Shown here piece by piece: positions 40,786-55,812 of a stretch of DNA of 64,000 nucleotides. The translations under genes were made by a program, and so were the position numbers. Source of the stretch: the human T2T-CHM13v2.0 reference genome, Homo sapiens; assembly GCF_009914755.1 (NCBI RefSeq), contig NC_060927.1, one strand, 5' to 3'. The notes below the pieces were generated by a model that ran no database searches, had not been told where the DNA came from, and saw only the letters and a program-made list of their open reading frames with translations. Numbering within the stretch: position 1 is the stretch's first letter; each line of letters starts with the position of its first letter.

Positions 40786-41488
40786 GTTCCAAATTAATGG
40801 AAAGAAAGTGCTGTGAGAGTTGCAGCTTTCTGGCAAGAGAATCTTGAACACTTGCTGCTGCCTTGCTTTGGTGGGGATGGGGTTGTGCAGGGCAGCAGGG
40901 TGATCACAAAGCCTGGGACTGATGGGCACGGCTGGCCTGTGGGAAACATGCAGCAAGCTGGTTCTCAAGGCAGCCCATGAGGCTGGCCATTGCTTAAGGT
41001 CTAGAATCACAGAGCTTGACGCCTCCCCCTGCCCTCTTGACTTACTTCTCATCCTCTCTTCTATTCATCCTTAAACATACATCAAACACCTAACACAATG
41101 TTTCCTGGGGAAACAGAAGGAATAGGCCATGTGTCCCACTCTTAAAGGGAGGACACACAAATACCCAGAATGAGAGAGTTAGTTCAACAGTGCAAACCCT
41201 TAAGCATCTTTGACCACTTGGACCAGCAGCATCCCAGAATATATCAGAGGACAATCATGGTGGCCACAGGGAGACACAAGGGTCAGCAGCCCTTAGAGGG
41301 TCTGGCAACTTTGGCCACAGTTAGGTGCTTCCGAATGCTGGTCAGGCTTCCCCTTGCAGTGGCCTTTATGATCCCTAAACCAGGATCAGAGCAACCAGAC
41401 TCTTTCTTTGCTGCCTGGCATTCCAGCTTGGGTGACTGATCCAAGCATAGGTGTGCACAAGCCATAGCTCCTTGGCTGAAGGCACTTC

Positions 41489-42547
41489 TGTAGCTACCCA
41501 GCGGGCTCATCTTGCCTGCTGCCCAGGCAGAGCCTATTTATCAAGACAGGGGAATTGCAATGGAGAAAAAGTAATTCACACAGAGCCAGCTGTGCGGGAA
41601 ACTGAAGTTTTATTATTACTCAAATCAGTCTCTCTGAGGCCAGATCCCGTGGCTCACCCCTGTAATCCCAACACTTTGGGAGGCTGAGGCGGGCAGATCA
41701 CTTGAGGTCAGGAGTTTGAGACCAGCCTGGCCAACATGGTGAAATCCCGTCTCTACTAAAAATACAAAAATTAGCCAGGCTTGGTGGCACATGCCTGTAA
41801 TCCCAGCCATTCAGGAGGCTGAGCCAGGAGAATTGCTTGAACCTGGGAGGTGGAGGTTGCAGTGAGCTGAGGATCGTGCCACTGTACTCCAGCCTGGGCA
41901 ACAGAGCAAGACTAAGTCTCAAAATAAATAAATAAATAAATAAATTAATTAATTAATAAGTCTTCCCAGCATTCAGTGATCAGAGTTTTTAAAGATAATT
42001 TGGTGAGTAGGGGCTTGGGAAGTGGGGAGTGCTGATTGGTCAAGTTGGAGATGGAATTATAGGGGATAGAATTGAGGTTTTCTTGCTGTCTTCTGTTCCT
42101 GGAGGGGCTGGCAGAACTGGTTGAGCCAGATTACTGATCTAGGTGGTGTCGGCTGATCCATCCAGTGCAGGGTCTGCAAAATATCTCAAGCACTGATTTT
42201 AGATTTTATGATAGTGATGTTATCCCCAGTAGCAATTTGAGGTTCAGACTCTTGCAGCCAGAGGCTGTATGAGCCCTAAATGATAATTTCCAATCTTGTA
42301 GCTAGTTTCTTAGTCCTACAAAGGCAGACTTGTCCCCAGGCAAGAAGGGGGTCTTTTAGGGAAGGGCTGTTATCAATTTTGTTTCAGAATCAAACCATAA
42401 ACTGAATTCCTTCTCAAGGTTAGATGGGCCTATGCCCAGGAATAAACAAGGACAGCTTAAAAGTTAGAAGCAAGATGGAGTCGGTTAGGTCTGATCTCTT
42501 TCAATGTCATAATTTCCTCAGTTATAATTTTTGCAAAGGCAGTTTTA
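41489..42547 (-). mobile_element. ERV1 LTR8 solo LTR, interrupted by an Alu
   Basis: The right end is the reverse of the LTR8 start (CCTTTGCAAAAATTATAACTGAGGAAATTATGACA..GAAAGAGATCAGACCTAACCGACTCCATCTTGCTTCTAAC). The left end has TTTATCAAGACAGGGGAATTGCAAT. 4-bp TSD CTTC at 41485-41488 and 42548-42551. Confidence 0.9.
41638..41957 (+). mobile_element. AluS (Sx/Sz-like)
   Basis: Full dimer with (AAAT)n/(AATT)n tail. Confidence 0.95.
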
Positions 42548-44209
42548 CTTCCTTGCTGATTCAATTGCCAGCCCTGAGACCATGTCATCTAGATCAACCT
42601 CCAGGAGGCACATGGCACAGGCCTGCTGGCAGCTGCCATTCCTGGCAACATCGCTCCACACCCCTGGCTGACTGAGCACATTTGAAAGCGTATCACGTAA
42701 GCTCCTAAGAATAACCATTTCACACCTCTTAACTCTGTGTTCCCCTATTCCCTTCCCGCCTCCTTTCCTGACACAGACACAGCCCCATGTAACCTCTGTC
42801 CTTCATTCCATTGTTCTTCTTCAAAAGTGTGTGACCACCTGCAGCCCAGTTATTATGTTTCGCTCACCTCTCCTCCATACCTGTTCTATTTGAAGAGCTC
42901 CAAACAATTGTTTGGGCTAATTGAAAGAACTATTTTAATGAGAACCAAGTCTGTGGTGAATGAACAGCCATGATTAGAGAATGTTTTGTTCAGAAGCAGT
43001 CTTATTTCTACAAAGCATGCACGGTACCTCTAACTGCTTATCAAACAGCTACAAATAAAGCCCCTACCTGTCACACTGGTGGGTTTTAAACTGGCCTCCC
43101 TGATATCACAGGTCTCTGTGGAGGTTCTTAAGGGGCTAACACTGGCAGTGCAAGAAGAATGAGATGGTTAGGGGATATCGAAGCCTGCCAGGTCCCACCC
43201 AACCACCTCAAAGAGTTCCTCTTTCTTTGGCTACAGCTATTAGAGTTGTGCATAAGATAGACAGAATGATAGAGACAGAGAGAGAAAAAGAGAGTGAGAG
43301 AGAGAAAAAGAGCAAAAGAAAGATTCCTCACCTATAAAAACAAAGTTAAACAGCATCACTTCAATAAATATTCTAACTCACTGGATTTACATACAGCCTT
43401 GCTAACGGGCTTGAAAAATGACCCCTTAAGATGTCTGAATATGCCGTTTGCATTTTTGTTTAATCTATTTGTTTTGTTAGCAAACCTGTCCTTCATAGCT
43501 ATCATGAAAGCAAATCAGCCCAGTCCTGTGTGATCTTACACAAATTTGCAGAACTGGTGGATTCAAAGGTAATTACATTTTCTATAGTCAATCTTTTCTC
43601 CAAGTGGAAGTTTGGTGTCACCAATAAGCCCACATTCCATTATGGCATGCCCTTGTGGCTGAGTGCGCCTGGTCAGACCCCATATCAGTGCTTAGGGAGC
43701 CACCGAGTGCAGCAGGAGTAGTGGGGGTGGAGCCGTGTGGTAATTGTGTGGAGGAAATCATCTCTCTTGATCATGAAACTGACCAGTTTCCTGCTGGCAA
43801 TCCAGGTTGATAAATCCAAGTGACCTCAGACATGGCCCTCCTAAACCCTCCTACTCCAATAATTCCTGCAGCAAAAGGCCAAGCAACAGTTGACAGTGAC
43901 AGGAAAAGTGGCTACACCATCAATCACAAAGGAAATCCCACAGCTCCAGAGCAGCATTGAGAGTTCCTCACTGCTCTCTTGTCACCATTTCCAATAAAAA
44001 TGATGGCAAGTTACCATCTTATAACTATAAAACTCCTTCATTTTGCAAAGCCGATAAACAAGTATGGATGCCACTCTTTCTGTGGATTCTCTAAGACTTG
44101 AGGGGACTACATCAAATGGAGAAGAGGGCAGAGAGTGATATTCAGGCAACGGTTGTATTCCCATTCAGGAGTCAGACAACCATAGTCCCTGGCCAACAGC
44201 TGGGAACAG

Positions 44210-44440
44210 AGCATTCTATTTATATCAACAAATCTTTATGGAGCACACATTCCAGGCAAAGTCCTGTGATCTCACTACCGGATCCACAACGATGGAAGGG
44301 ACGTGGTCCTTTTCCCGGGAGCTTGTAGTCTAGTCAGAAAGCAAGGTTGTAGTCAGCTAGCTGTCACATTTAATGCAGAAGGTGTTAACACCATGAGAGA
44401 AAGTGAGCAGATGCTAAGGAGGTGCTGGGAATGGTACAGA
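44210..44440 (-). mobile_element. L2 3' relic
   Basis: CAACAAATCTTTATGGAGCAC...GGAGCTTGTAGTCTAG. Confidence 0.6.
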
Positions 44441-45169
44441 ACCCTCAAGGCCTGGACAGGGGGTGTGAACCACTCCCCAGACCCTGCATTTGACTTGGGC
44501 TATGCTGCTAGGATGCTCCCAGTACTACTGCAGCCCTTTCCATGTAAACAGTGCTGATGCAGAACAGAGGATACCATGTTCCCAGGGACACCATGGGAAC
44601 CCATAGAGACTCCTTAGATGCTGGTTTTGGTGCCAGGAAGTGCCAGCCAGATGAATGGCACTTATACAAAGGAATAATGGTCAGTAGTCTGCTTGGTTTG
44701 ATTTTGAGACCAGAGAAATTGTTTATTCCAAACTATATCTGTGGTTTGCCTCTTTTGAAATAAAATGTTTGTCTTGTAAAAAAAAATAGTAATACCTTTG
44801 TAAGGGACAAGGGCTAGCACATTGGGTTGATAATAGGTCACTGGCACATTAACATGCACAGATGCACAGAGCTGACATGTTTGACAAACAAAGAGAACGT
44901 GTCACTCAGTGGCTCCTACTCTTCCTGGTTCTTCAGCCTCATCAGGAACTTCAGGCCCTTGATTTCTCCATTTTCTTCTGTAAATTATCCATTTCCTTCA
45001 CGTACTCCCCTACCCAGCTGAACAGTATATGCTCACTCTAGGGAAAGTTACTGCCAGGTTACAGAGAGGTCCTTTGACTTTCTGCCGCTGAAGTTATAAA
45101 CAGGCGTGCATCATTTCCATCCTCTACTCCTTCCACCTTGGTAAAATACAGGAGCCCAGTGATTATTGG

Positions 45170-46115
<946 letters not shown>

Positions 46116-46225
46116 AAAGAAAGGTGTTCAAGGTTATGGAGCTAGTGATAGGCAATATTAAGCATCAACCCCTACCTGAAATAGGCTCTGTTTCTAATGA
46201 CTCCAATAAACTGATTTCTCAAGAC

Positions 46226-46388
46226 CAGAGTTTCTCAAACTTTAATGTGCCACTCATCACTAGAGCATCTTGTTAAAAGGCAGATTCTGATTCAGGAAGT
46301 GTGAGGGGAGGTCCAGGATCTGCATTTCTAACCAGCTTCCATGTGATGCTGATGCTGCTTGTCTATGGGTCACACTTAAAAGCAAAGG
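46226..46388. mobile_element. MER5A/B (hAT-Charlie MITE)
   Basis: CAGAGTTTCTCAAACTT...CTTGTTAAAAGGCAGATTCTGATTCAG...ATCTGCATTTCTAACCAGCT...GTGATGCTGATGCTGC. Confidence 0.88.
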
Positions 46389-47643
46389 TCGAGCTGACAT
46401 AAAAACAAGGGTTTTATAGATTATATTAGAGAAAGAGGATCACCTAGTCTACATTCAGATCCCAAAGACAATGTAAGAGGGACTGCAAAGGGGGTTCCTC
46501 TGCCCCCTCTCCTCTTTTTCAGAGCTGTCTGCTCCCTAACAGCCAATAAGAAATGAGAAATTCCTGCCAATGCAGCTATATACTTTAACTCACACTGCAA
46601 TTTTTGACGGCATTTCTCACTCTAGGAAAGATTCCAATTTGACAGTGGCAGGTGAGATAAACCCTGAGTTATCAAATTGTATTTCCTGGATCTGTCTAAA
46701 CAAATTCCCTTAAAACCTGCTGAGGAAATAGTTCTGCTATTTCCCCAGTAATCTGGGTAGAGTTGATGTCATTCCAAACTCAGAGATCAGTCAGGGCCAT
46801 TCTCTTCTGACTGTTTAAGGTGCCTCACTCAAAGAACTCCATGCTTTAGAGATGTTTTCTCTGTAAGAAATTAAAGAGATGGTGCCCATGAGCCAGCCAA
46901 GCAAGGGCCTGCCGTTCCATGGCTGGATAAGTACACTGGAGGGTACCGAGGGCTGTGATGTACCCAAGTTATGGATACTGACTGTTGAACGTTTTTCATG
47001 CCAAGTATACATAGCTTACTATTTCTTATGGAATTAAACATACACCCTTCCTTCTAAGTTTGCAGCCACTATTATCTTACTCTGCCATAACTACTCATCT
47101 TTATTAATATTGCTCTAGTGTATTTATCTTATTGTGTACATTGGTACAACGGGGCACCAATGAACTGCAAATTAACAACACCACATAGATATAACAGTGC
47201 AGCAACAGCAACCAAAAAGTCATTAAAACAAGAGAAAATAAACAAAACCTAAGTCTCTAGGACCTTAGCAGACTTTAATTCTAAATATATCAATTTCTTT
47301 CTCCCTGTGCCAAAGTTGTCTAGGAAAGTCCACATTATAGCCAGCTGTCTTGCAAAATCCAAATTTGGATCAATGCTCAAAAAGGAGATAGAAATAAATG
47401 GAAGTCTGAATCAACTTAAGCCCTCTCTTCCATTAAGAAAATCTTTCATGTATGCTTTCCTGATGAGGGTAGGGTCAATGACAATGTCTTTATTTGCCAT
47501 ATATGCTAACTTTTCATCCCACCTCAATTTTACATTTCTGCACAAGGGTATCTCTCCCTCCTCTGATTGTGTGTTTCTGCTTAAAACCTCAAATACTACT
47601 CCACATCACCCTATAATCCCATTAGAATGATCACTGAGCTTCG

Positions 47644-48430
<787 letters not shown>

Positions 48431-48806
48431 ATATTTAGTTGTAATTTCAGTGTTTATATTTACCAAATTATGCAAACACAAAAACAAAGTGAAATAAATC
48501 TGTGCCATTCCCAAGAGCATTCCTGGAATGATAAATAAGATGAATTTATACCACATTTCAAGCATAAGATAAATACACATACATGTATATAAACCCAGTC
48601 ATGAATGTGTGACCAGGGACAGATGGCTCACCTCCCTACCTCCCCACCCCTTCCATGACAGGTCCTATGCCTAGCACAGAGCTGAGCACACAGCAGGCCT
48701 TCCACATAGACAGGGTAAATAGATATGGCTTCCCCACTTGTCTTACAGAAAACTGAAATGGATCTTTAACAATATACCAGAACAAGATCAATTCTAAATA
48801 AGATTA

Positions 48807-48998
<192 letters not shown>

Positions 48999-49264
48999 TC
49001 AGGAGTTCTCAACTTCTTTTGCTGTCCCCGGACCCCTGAGGGACAAACACTGTCTTAGATGATGGTGGCTCACCGCAGGATTGCGCAGGACCCCTCCTCC
49101 CATGGTAGGAGGAGGTGCTTATCAGAAAAAGAACATGGGTGTTGTTGAAAGGCCTCTTCTCCCGACGATGTAATTCTGATATACCCCCTCCACCTGGAGA
49201 ATTACCAGGCCTAATATCCTAGGGTGAATGGTCTGTTTCTAAGCCTTCGCCAACCAATAAGCTT

Positions 49265-49440
49265 CTAGACCTGTGCTGCCTTATATGGCCTCTAGCCACA
49301 AATGGCTATTTACATTTAAATTACTTAAATAACATTAAAAATTCAGTTTCTTATAGCACATTTTAACTGCTCAATAACCACTTGTGAACAGCACAGAGAG
49401 CATTTTCATCCTGGGAAGTTCAACTAGACAACTCTTCTAG
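49265..49440. mobile_element. MER3/MER33 (hAT-Charlie MITE)
   Basis: CTAGCCACAAATGGCTATTTACATTTAAATT...AAAATTCAGTT...GCTCAATAACCAC, flanked by TCTAG. Confidence 0.8.
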
Positions 49441-50251
49441 TATGAATGCCTTTCCATAGGTCTCCGCAGCCAACCCACCCTACATGAAATCATCTTATTT
49501 TCTAATCCTCAGCTTATCTATTATCTTTTCACTTTCATTTGACTTATCTTTTTCATGGCTGCCCCTTGTGCACCTTTGCAGCATTAGTTCACGCAAGCCA
49601 TCCTGTGCACCTTCCCCCAGGCCCTGGATGTCGGCTTGGGTATTTTTCTTTCTTTAAGAGCACTCTCAAAACCCACATTTACATTTAAATGAAGGTCCTA
49701 CTTCAACCAGACAGAGGTATGCCTAGAAATAAATCCATATATTTCAGGCAGGGGAATTATCTTCATTCTTATGCTATAACCTGTCTGGACTCCATTAGAA
49801 ATGACTACAAATCCACGGTTCCCTGTGGCTTCGGGAACAAAGTGCTGATGTAGTCTCTCAGCTAGGAATCCAGATTGCAAACCCTGCTATTCTTTCCTGG
49901 GCTGTGCTGTATCTAACACAACCAATAGAAGTTTAAAGCTGAGCGATAAGTCTTGTTGCCATGATTGGACATTGAGCAGAAAACCCAGACCTTGAACTGT
50001 AATGGGAGCATGTGAGCCCCATTACAAGTCAAGGGTAAGCCATCTTTCTCTCTTTTAGGAATTGGCTGTGCTGGGGATTTCCAAATCTAAGAGGGGTCAT
50101 CTTGACCTCCTCCTGCCTTTGGGAGACCTTGTTCATCTCTAAGCAAACAACACAAATCTGCCAACTCAGAGAGTAGACTTTATAATTTTAGCAACTTGAA
50201 GGTGGGGGAGTATAATTAATGTTTCTGGAAATGAGAGAATAAATAAGACCA

Positions 50252-50682
50252 CTCATAGGTTGGGTTCCTCTGGAAGCAGACAAAACAAGAATTTAAGTGC
50301 AAGTAATTTATATGGAAGATGATCCCAGGAGGCCCCAGCACAGGGTGAGAAGGTGAGCAAAGGAAAGGAAGCCAGTGCAGAAGGTATTAATGGGCAGGTT
50401 ACAGCTGTAGTCAACTGTGGCTCAATCTACCAGGGTACCCTGGAAGACAACACAGACCATGCTTCAGTGGTGCTGGGATGAGGAAGCTGGGGTATATATC
50501 CTCCAATTCCCAACTGTCATTTGTTGGCGACATTAGCTACCCATACTTCTGCCCCATCCCATGAGTAAGTCAAACACAATCCTGTGGAAAGAGAAAGCCC
50601 ACAGGATAGTTTCAAGTGCTGTCAGCATATGTGAGTGGTGACACAAAGGTGCTATAGGTGGGGCACCAATAGCTCTGCCATA
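50252..50682 (-). mobile_element. ERVL solo LTR (LTR16/LTR33-like)
   Basis: TAGGTTGGGTTCCTCTGGAAGCAGAC...AAGTGCAAGTAATTTATATGGAAGATGATCCCAGG, the reverse U5/R. Confidence 0.75.
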
Positions 50683-51659
50683 CCCCTTTCCTTACTACAA
50701 TGGAATTTCATCCCTTTCCTTAAGCAAACAGGAGGTTTGTTTCATATCACTTGGATAATTTCAAAAATCATCTTAAATTATTGTGCATGGTGAGAACCAT
50801 ATTATGTCATTCCCACCCCTCGAGTATTGAAGTCAACCTGGGCCCTGGAAGGTTACAGTGGGTACAGGGGACATATGCTGCATTGTGCTGCTCAGCTTTC
50901 CTCTTTCCATCCCATGTCATTCTGGCGGGATGGAAATGCCTGTGTCTGGCTGCAGAGATGTAACCTGCCCATTAATACCTTCTGTATCTGGATAGACAGA
51001 GACTGAATCCTGGTGACATATGAACCCCTGGCCCCTGCTTTGCCCGAGTCAGTCCACTCCTGCCCGTCAAAGCACACAAGCCAACAAATGCCCCTACCTG
51101 TTAAGGCTGAGTTGAATTGGGCTCCTGCTACTTACTTGAAAGAGTCCTGTCCAAACAATGGGTTTGAGAATATTATGCTGTTTGTTGTTTTGAGGACAAA
51201 TTCTCCCACCATCAGACTGTGATGACATTAGACAGAGAGAAGAGCAGCCACTGCATTCACCATTGGAATGTCAATGTCAGCACAGTGACACTGTGCCTTT
51301 GCTCTGAGGACCATGGGGAAGGTTATGTTTGCCTGAGCAACAGTTTGCTTTTGTTTTGTGGACACTAAATTGTACAACTAATCTGTTTCCCTCCTTGCAT
51401 TGGCTGCTAAGAAGCCCCAAGAGAATTTTTCTTCTATTATTTTCTCCCCTCATTGCCCAATTTCTTCACATATTTTATCTTCTGTACCATAGGCATTTGT
51501 GTACACCACTGCAAACCTGGGTGTTTTTTTCTTTTTCTTCTTTTTCTTTCGAATGAGGAATATTCGAAAGAAATATTCAAAAGCAGATGCATTTCTACCC
51601 TTTGACTTCAGCTTGTCACTGTAATGAACTAATCCCATAATGAACTAAGCACAGCAATG

Positions 51660-52066
51660 TTGAGCTTCTCTCCATTTTCCTGCCTCAGGGCTTCCTCCAA
51701 AGCCACCAGGACAACCCATACAAGTATAGCCCAGAAGAGTGGGTGAGTTGACATCCCCCAGAGAAACCCTCAGTCAAAGGGGGATGGGAATTGGCATGGA
51801 AATGCCCCAGCCTCCTATTCAGGGGGACAATTTTGAAAGCGTTCTACACAGTTTCTTAGAGAGCCCCCAGAGAGATTGAGCTTCAGGGAACCATGGCAAT
51901 AACCAGCTTTGATTTGCTTCAATAACTCGCCCTTTATTGACTTTTCTTCCTTCTCTCGTCTCAGTCCCCCACTTGCTCACTTCTACTCCCTGGAATCACC
52001 TTTCAAAAATTTGCCTGCACCTAAGCTGATGTTTCAGGCTGTATTGGAGAGTACCCAAACCAAGAA
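51660..52066 (+). mobile_element. ERVL solo LTR (LTR33-like)
   Basis: GTTCTACACAG...GAGATTGAGC...CCCTTTATTGACTTTTCTTCC...CTGGAATCACCT...ACCCAAACCAAGA. Similar to 21073-21494. Confidence 0.7.
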
Positions 52067-52118
52067 AGAAACAAATAAAATGAATAAATAGATAAATGAA
52101 TGAATAAATAAATAAAAT
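52067..52118. repeat. Degenerate (AAAT/GAAT)n tract
   Basis: Read directly. May be an L2 tail. Confidence 0.75.
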
Positions 52119-52966
52119 TAACAACTTTTTTTTCTTAACCCATCCTAAAAAATGTGAAATGAAACAGCATTAGATTAAAAATAGTGCAAATTTCATGTAT
52201 TGGGCTGTAAAAATGGCACAGAGAGGGTCCAAGAAGGTCCCCATGTGAGGTGCAAGAATCATATCCCTTCAGCAGTGAGGGACGTGATGCAATTCTGGAG
52301 TGAGGCAGTTACAAGGGACAGTTGGACATATTGCTGCCTCTTGATTGCAGTATAAAAGAGAAACCGCTAAGGGGAGGAGCTCCTTCTAAACTGCAGGCTT
52401 TCAGATACATTTATATATACATACCATGCCATTATACTAAAGAGAGTTACGTTAGAATAAAAGAAATACAAACAAACATGAGACTCAAAACTTAAACGAC
52501 ATTAGCTAATTAGTTCCACATCTAACAGTTTGGTGCAAATATCTGGCAGGATATACCATTCTCTCTCTGTATTTTCTGAAGAAAATTTCCATAGTATTTG
52601 TTCTCAACAGTGTAATTTGTGAGCTGTTCACACCAACCTGATGGTTTGCTTCAATTAAAGCTTCTTACACTCACAGAAACAATTACACTCTCAGGGATGG
52701 GGTGGGTCCCCTCCTACCCCCAGACTGGGAGCAATGCCTCCCTGCTCTGAGACTATCACAAGTCCCCTCCCTGGTTCAGGCAAATGATCCCTCTGAGCCT
52801 CAGAGAAGTCACCTGGAGGCCTAATTACCAGGGACCTGGTGCGGAAGCACAAAAGTGTCGGCTTACAGGAGCAGGACCAAGCCCAGAATTCTCTGTTTCC
52901 ACAGGAAGAGAACACAAGTTAAATGTAGCCCATGGAGTTTGGCTTCACCTCAATCTCTTTACAAAA

Positions 52967-53261
52967 TTTTTTTTTTTTTTTTTTTTTTTGAGACAAGGTC
53001 TCACTTTGTCACCCAGTCTGGAGTGCAGTGGCAGAAACACAGCTCATTGCAACCTCAACCTTCCTGGCCCAAGCGATCCTCCCACCTCAGGATCCCACCT
53101 CCCACCGCGCCACCAAGCCTGGCTAATTTTTTGTGTGTTTTTGTAGAGACGGGGTTTTGCCATGTTGCCCAGGCTGGTCTTGAACTCCTGGACTCAAGAA
53201 ATCTGCCTGCCTCGGCCTCCCAAAGTGCTGGGTTTACAGGGGTGAGCCACCATGACCAGCT
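52967..53261 (-). mobile_element. AluJ with a small internal replacement in the right arm
   Basis: Reverse dimer with poly(T). The usual GAGTAGCTGGGACTACAGG is replaced by GATCCCACCTCCCACC (~53091-53106). Confidence 0.92.
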
Positions 53262-53262
53262 G

Positions 53263-54020
53263 AAAATATATATTATATATGATATAGATAATATATAAAT
53301 ATATATTCTATATAACATATATTATATATCATATAATATATAATATATGATATTCTATATATTCTATATAATATATAATATATGATATATTATATAATAC
53401 ATATTATATAGAATATATAATTATATAATACATATTATATAGAATATATATGTTTATATATTTATAATATATAATATATTTATAATGTTCATAATATATT
53501 ATATATCATATGATATAATATATATTATATATAACTATATATAATATATGATATATGACATATATAGTATATATTATATATCATATAATATATAATATGA
53601 TATTATATATCATGTATTATATGATATATATTATATATCATGTATTATATGATATATATTATATATCATGTATTATATGATATATATTATATATCATGTA
53701 TTATATGATATATATTATATATCATGTATTATATGATATATATTATATATCATGTATTATATGATATATATTATATATCATGTATTATATGATATATATT
53801 ATATATCATGTATTATATGATATATATTATATATCATGTATTATATGATATATATTATATATCATGTATTATATGATATATATTATATATCATGTATTAT
53901 ATGATATATATTATATATCATGTATTATATGATATATATTATATATCATGTATTATATGATATATATTATATATCATGTATTATATGATATATATTATAT
54001 ATATAATTATTATTTTTAAA
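53263..54020. repeat. AT-rich low-complexity tract (TA-derived)
   Basis: About 760 bp, predominantly A/T. Confidence 0.98.
53611..54002. repeat. 28-bp minisatellite x14 (CATGTATTATATGATATATATTATATAT)
   Basis: CATG recurs every 28 bp from 53611 to 53975. Copies appear identical by eye. Confidence 0.97.
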
Positions 54021-55024
54021 TGAGAAATTAGAGTCGAGAGAAAGAGAATGGAGGAGATGGTTCTCCTGGTGCAGGCCTCCTCAAAGGGGAGCTGTGAGGC
54101 AGGGAGGGACACTCTGGCCAAGAAGAGACCTGGGCTCTGCCTTGGCCTCAGTGTCTTCACCTGTCATTGCAGGAGTTTGCACCAGCTCGCCGCAGTCCTG
54201 GGCCACAGAACAGAAGGCCCTCCAGAATTAGGGGCTTGTATGTTGGTGAGTGAATGAGGCTCTGCAGGCTCTGACAGATGGATTTAGCCAAATACATGGT
54301 CACTGAAGGGTCAGGGCTCTGAGACTGGCCTTGGCAGATCCCAGATCTGTCCTCTCTATGTCTTCCCAAAACGTGGGGGAGGAGCAGGTGACCACATGGT
54401 TCCTGAGGAAGGGCCCCCACTGGTGGGCGTGCGGTACTCCCAGGCCAACTTTCCCCTGGGTTCCCTCGAGGACTATCTGATTCAGCGAGCTCCTGGGAAA
54501 GTCTTGCCTTGAAGAAATCTGAAACAAGAATTGTAAAAATAGAGCCAAGAAACTGTTCGCTGCAGTGATGACAGAGGATATTATTTTAACCGTGAAAGAC
54601 CCTGGCTTCGAATGCCTGCCTTACACTGAGGGGGGCTTGTGTCAAATGCGAGTGGACCTTGGGCCTTTGTTTCCTCCTGTGGTTGAAGCCAGGCAGGTAC
54701 CACATGACTCCCTGAACCACCTTTGCCACAGCCATTTCCCTGGCTGGGGTGTGAAAGCAGGGGTGGGGGCTCAACTCCAGGGGTTTGAGGGGCAGTAGAC
54801 TCAGGGGCTGAGAAAGCCCATTTGCTTCCAATAGAAGATTCCCTGGGCCTTCCTAACCTGAGAGCAGTTTGAAGCAAGGAGGATACCAGGGAGGCTCTCT
54901 GTGTGTGAGGATGGGAGCTCTGGTTCTGGGTAACAAGGCGTCATCAAGCTTGAGGCCAGTGGTGTGCCATGGAAGGAAGAGACACAACACTCTTTGTTCA
55001 TGTGGAAACAAGAAAAGGAGGTGT

Positions 55025-55110
55025 CAAAATCCCAGGCTGCTACAACCTGCTGTGTGACCTTGGAAAAGCTTGTCACCTCTCTAGTCCCCTGAGATTTCTC
55101 ACCTTTGGCA
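55025..55110 (+). mobile_element. MIR fragment
   Basis: GCTGTGTGACCTTGGAAAAG...CACCTCTCT. Confidence 0.65.
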
Positions 55111-55571
55111 GTGTTCAGTGAATGCTCCAGAAGAAAAGGGAGTGGCAATGGGCCACACAACTGCCAGTGTACAAAGGCTCAAGGGGCATGCTGGTACTCA
55201 AGACAGAAGGGGCAGCTGGCATGAGGGGCAAGTGACAGGGTAGCATGGGGACTACACGCAAACACACACACAGGCCTTCACTCTGCAGAAGCTCCCTGAC
55301 CAGTAGAGGCCAACTCTGACCACATAGCTCAGAAAAGGAGGAGCAGGGCTGAGGTGGTGGGGCAGGATTATGTGGAGGCCCAGAGGCTGCCACCGAGATA
55401 TAATATGGGGAGCTAACTCCCTTCCGTTTCCCTCCAAACACTCAGCACCACTGCTCCTAAGCACTGCTCAGTGTCTGCTATCTCCTGGAAGAGCCAAGAA
55501 AGGAGTCAGAGGAGGGACCACCCTGCCCAAGAAAGAACAGCACAATTCTCTTTTCCCCTGGGGACAGCAAA

Positions 55572-55812
55572 GCTCAGTGCTTAAGAGTTTGGGTGCTGGG
55601 GGTCAGGCATAAGTGGGTTTGAATTCAGGCTCTGGGACACTCTGAGTATTCTTGGGCATCTTAGGGATAAGATGAGCTTCATGCCTGGTTTGTGACACAG
55701 GGAGATTAAAGGGAGCAACTTCAGAGGGTTAAGTGCCATGATGCAGGTATCCTGGGTGTTCCAGTCTGACAAATAGTAACTGCTCAGTAAATGCTGGTTA
55801 TTATTATTATTG
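55572..55812 (+). mobile_element. MIR SINE
   Basis: AGTGCTTAAGAG...GGGTTTGAATTCAGGCTCTG...TGCTCAGTAAATGCTGGTTATTATT. Confidence 0.75.

Noticed and set aside
52784-53318. ORFs of 87-147 aa (and similar ones at 148, 2464, 6315, 17637, 19428, 24059, 38108, 41698, 45522, 47733)
   Set aside because: They are Alu-derived translations (for example [22 protein letters not shown]) and not genes.
54048-55612. GC-richer segment with many overlapping 60-120 aa ORFs
   Set aside because: ORF density reflects lower stop-codon frequency. There is no homology, no CpG island, and MIR fragments are embedded.
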